Shown here: positions 61,787-64,000 of the stretch, one piece after another
How positions within the stretch are numbered: the first letter of the stretch is position 1
How the letters are laid out: the number at the start of each line of letters is the position of its first letter
DNA from: Heptranchias perlo
Lineage: Eukaryota
Assembly (NCBI RefSeq): GCF_035084215.1
Contig: NC_090361.1
Coordinates: 3,410,001 to 3,474,000 of the forward strand
Length of the DNA: 64,000 nt
Reading direction: 5' to 3'
Position numbers and translations under genes: made by a program
Notes under the pieces: model-generated
Told to the model about the DNA's origin: nothing
Seen by the model: only the letters and a program-made list of their open reading frames with translations
Databases searched by the model: none

Positions 61787-62160
61787 TAGTGTTGCCAACT
61801 CTGGTTGGACGTATTCTGTGAGGTTTCCTCACATGACCTCCTGTCTCCAACTGTCCTACCCCCACTCACCCGCCATTGGTCATCTGACATGTCCATCCTC
61901 ACAGTGCCCCGCCTTCCCACGGCCAATTGGAAAGCAAACAGATTTTCCGTTACCTGATTGGATGAATCTTGGCTGTCAATCAAACAGACTTTTTCCCATC
62001 TCCAATATTTTTATAAAAGTAGTCAAAGAAAATTAAGAAAAACACAATTTTTCTCTAATGCCCCTATGATTTCTCTCCTGGGTTGTTTGCAGCAGTGTCC
62101 TGGAGATTAATCTTCAATTCCTGGAGACTCCAGGGCAATCCTGGAGGGTTGGCAACCCTA
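61787..62160. mobile_element. hAT-Blackjack-like MITE, longer copy
   Basis: TAGTGTTGCCAAC ... GTTGGCAACCCTA; ends align with 14019-14259. Confidence 0.7.
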
Positions 62161-62502
62161 CTGATGGGCTGCACCCTTCTTAAATGCACCTGACTCCCCT
62201 GAGCTCCATCCTGTCCTCCTCCAGAATAAAGGCATACAGTAGTGTTCCCATGATGAATGCCATACCTGATCCTGAGACGCCCTGACTGTAGCAGGGTGGG
62301 GGTGGGCGGGAGTTGGGTGTTCTCAAAATATGGTGGTGGGCCCACCCTGTGTGAAGCAAGAGCAGGTTATTGTACTCAGAAATCCAAAACCAAACGGCTT
62401 TAAAAAATGTTTCCCAGCTCCAGAAATCAGTGTTTAAACTCTCTAGACTTGTCAGGCTCAAAAACCCCTAATTTCCACCTTGATCAGATAATATTGGCAG
62501 AT

Positions 62503-62846
62503 CCTGTACCCCATGTATCTCAGGCTAACTTACCCCGAGTGTATCAGCAGTGCAAACCCAGGAAACTCACTGCTCCTGTACCCCATGTATCTCAGTCTAA
62601 CTTACCCCGAGTGCATCAGCAGTGCAAACCCCAGGAAACTCACTGCTCCTGTACCCCATGTATCTCAGTCTAACTTACCCCGAGTGCATCAGCAGTGCAA
62701 ACCCCAGGAAACTCACTGCTCCTGTACCCCATGTATCTCAGTCTAACTTACCCCGAGTGCATCAGCAGTGCAAACCCAGGAAACTCACTGCTCCTATACC
62801 CCATGTATCTCAGTCTAGCTTACCCTGAGTGCAAACCCCAGGAAAC
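62503..62846. repeat. Tandem repeat, 72-73 bp unit, about 4.6 near-identical copies
   Basis: Unit starts (cctgtacccc) at 62503, 62575, 62648, 62721 and 62793. Confidence 0.97.
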
Positions 62847-64000
62847 CTGCAGCTGTTTCACCACTGGCCCTCAGTTTGACAATTCGCAAATTAATTTGGA
62901 GCACAGATTACGGGAAGGCTCAAAAAGTGAAGGGGAACTTGGGGGAAGCATTTTAATGGCGTCAAACGGGCGGAAATGGACTTCCACCCAATTCCCATTC
63001 CGAAAGAAATTTCCCGTGCCGTTTATACGCCGCTAATGCACTGGAAAACAGCCAGGAAATTCCCCCCCACCCCTAAATGTGAGGAGGTGCACTGAACTGA
63101 CTTTATTACTCCATCACAGATATACAAGAGCTACAGAGCTTTATTTCAAACAAAAGTGTCACATCGCAAACTGCAAGAGCAAAGCTTCACAAAACTCATC
63201 AGAACGTAAATCAAATTGAGTTGCTGGGTCCTGTAGACAATATTTGGACTTAGCCTTTTGACCTTTTTTATTTGTGTTTTCCGATCGCAGTTAGAATCAT
63301 AGAATCATACGGCACAGAAGGAGGCCATTCAGCCCCTCGTGCCTGTGCCGGCTCTCTGAAAGAGCTATCCAGTTAGCCCCACTCCCCTGCTTTTGCCCCA
63401 AGAAATGTTTCCTTGTTGTGCCTTAGTATTGGTGCAATGCAGGTGAAAGGGTAATAAAGTCAGTGATGGGTAGGACATGAAAGTACTTGACAGCGTGATG
63501 CACACTAGGGTTGAATTTCTGCAGTTGGGCAGGGGGAGGGCAGTTCTCCTGATCGTCTGTCGTGACTTCAGCAGAAAATCTCAGGTGGACGTAAACTATT
63601 TTGAAGAGAAGGGGAGTTCTCCCCGGTGTCCTGGCCAATATTTATCCCTCAAACAACATCACCAAAACAGATTATCTGGTCATTGTCCCATTGCTGTTTG
63701 TGGGATCTTGCTGTGCGCAAATTGGCTGCCGTGTTTCCTACATCACAACAGTAACTACACTTCAAAAGTACTTCATTGGCTGTGAAACGCTTTGGGACGT
63801 CCTGAGGTCATGAAAGGCTCTATATAAATGCAAGTTCTTTCTTTACTGTTAGCTGTGCAGGCAGTTACGAGCACGAAAAGACCTTCAAGAAGGGAGAGAT
63901 TAAAGAAAATACAAATTGGTTCATGCTTCCAGGTTCCAAATGTTGAACAGCCACAAAACACAGAAGCAGACTGTCGCCACGGCAACAAGCTCATTGCTGA

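Noticed and set aside
62503-62846. CRISPR-like array
   Set aside because: Whole units repeat with no unique spacers; no cas genes; vertebrate context
63090-64000. 3' end of another minus-strand gene (TTTATT near 63102 and 63140)
   Set aside because: Only polyA-like hexamers; no recognisable coding exon in the window

Overview
This is vertebrate genomic DNA, inferred to be from a shark because of its DeuSINE/SacSINE1-like, CR1, L2 and Penelope-like repeats. Four spliced genes can be reconstructed with GT-AG introns and consistent phases. (1) The 5' end of CLPP on the minus strand (2 coding exons; the gene runs off the left edge). (2) A 70-aa G-protein gamma subunit of the GNG5/GNG10 group on the plus strand (2 coding exons). 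(3) A complete 13-exon DCAF15 on the minus strand (712 aa). (4) A complete DNase II on the minus strand (6 coding exons, 362 aa, both HxK motifs). Most of the remainder is LINE/SINE/MITE debris. The main unannotated signals are: two minimal type-I hammerhead-ribozyme folds with different but self-consistent stems, inside Penelope-like terminal repeats (one in a ~400-bp insertion with a target-site duplication); a minisatellite made of about 30 copies of the CLPP exon-1 splice donor; LF-SINE-like elements in a shark; a probable third GNG5/GNG10 ohnolog; and an Ets-IRF plus NF-kB cassette upstream of DNase II. Gene and repeat family names come from recalled sequences, not database searches.
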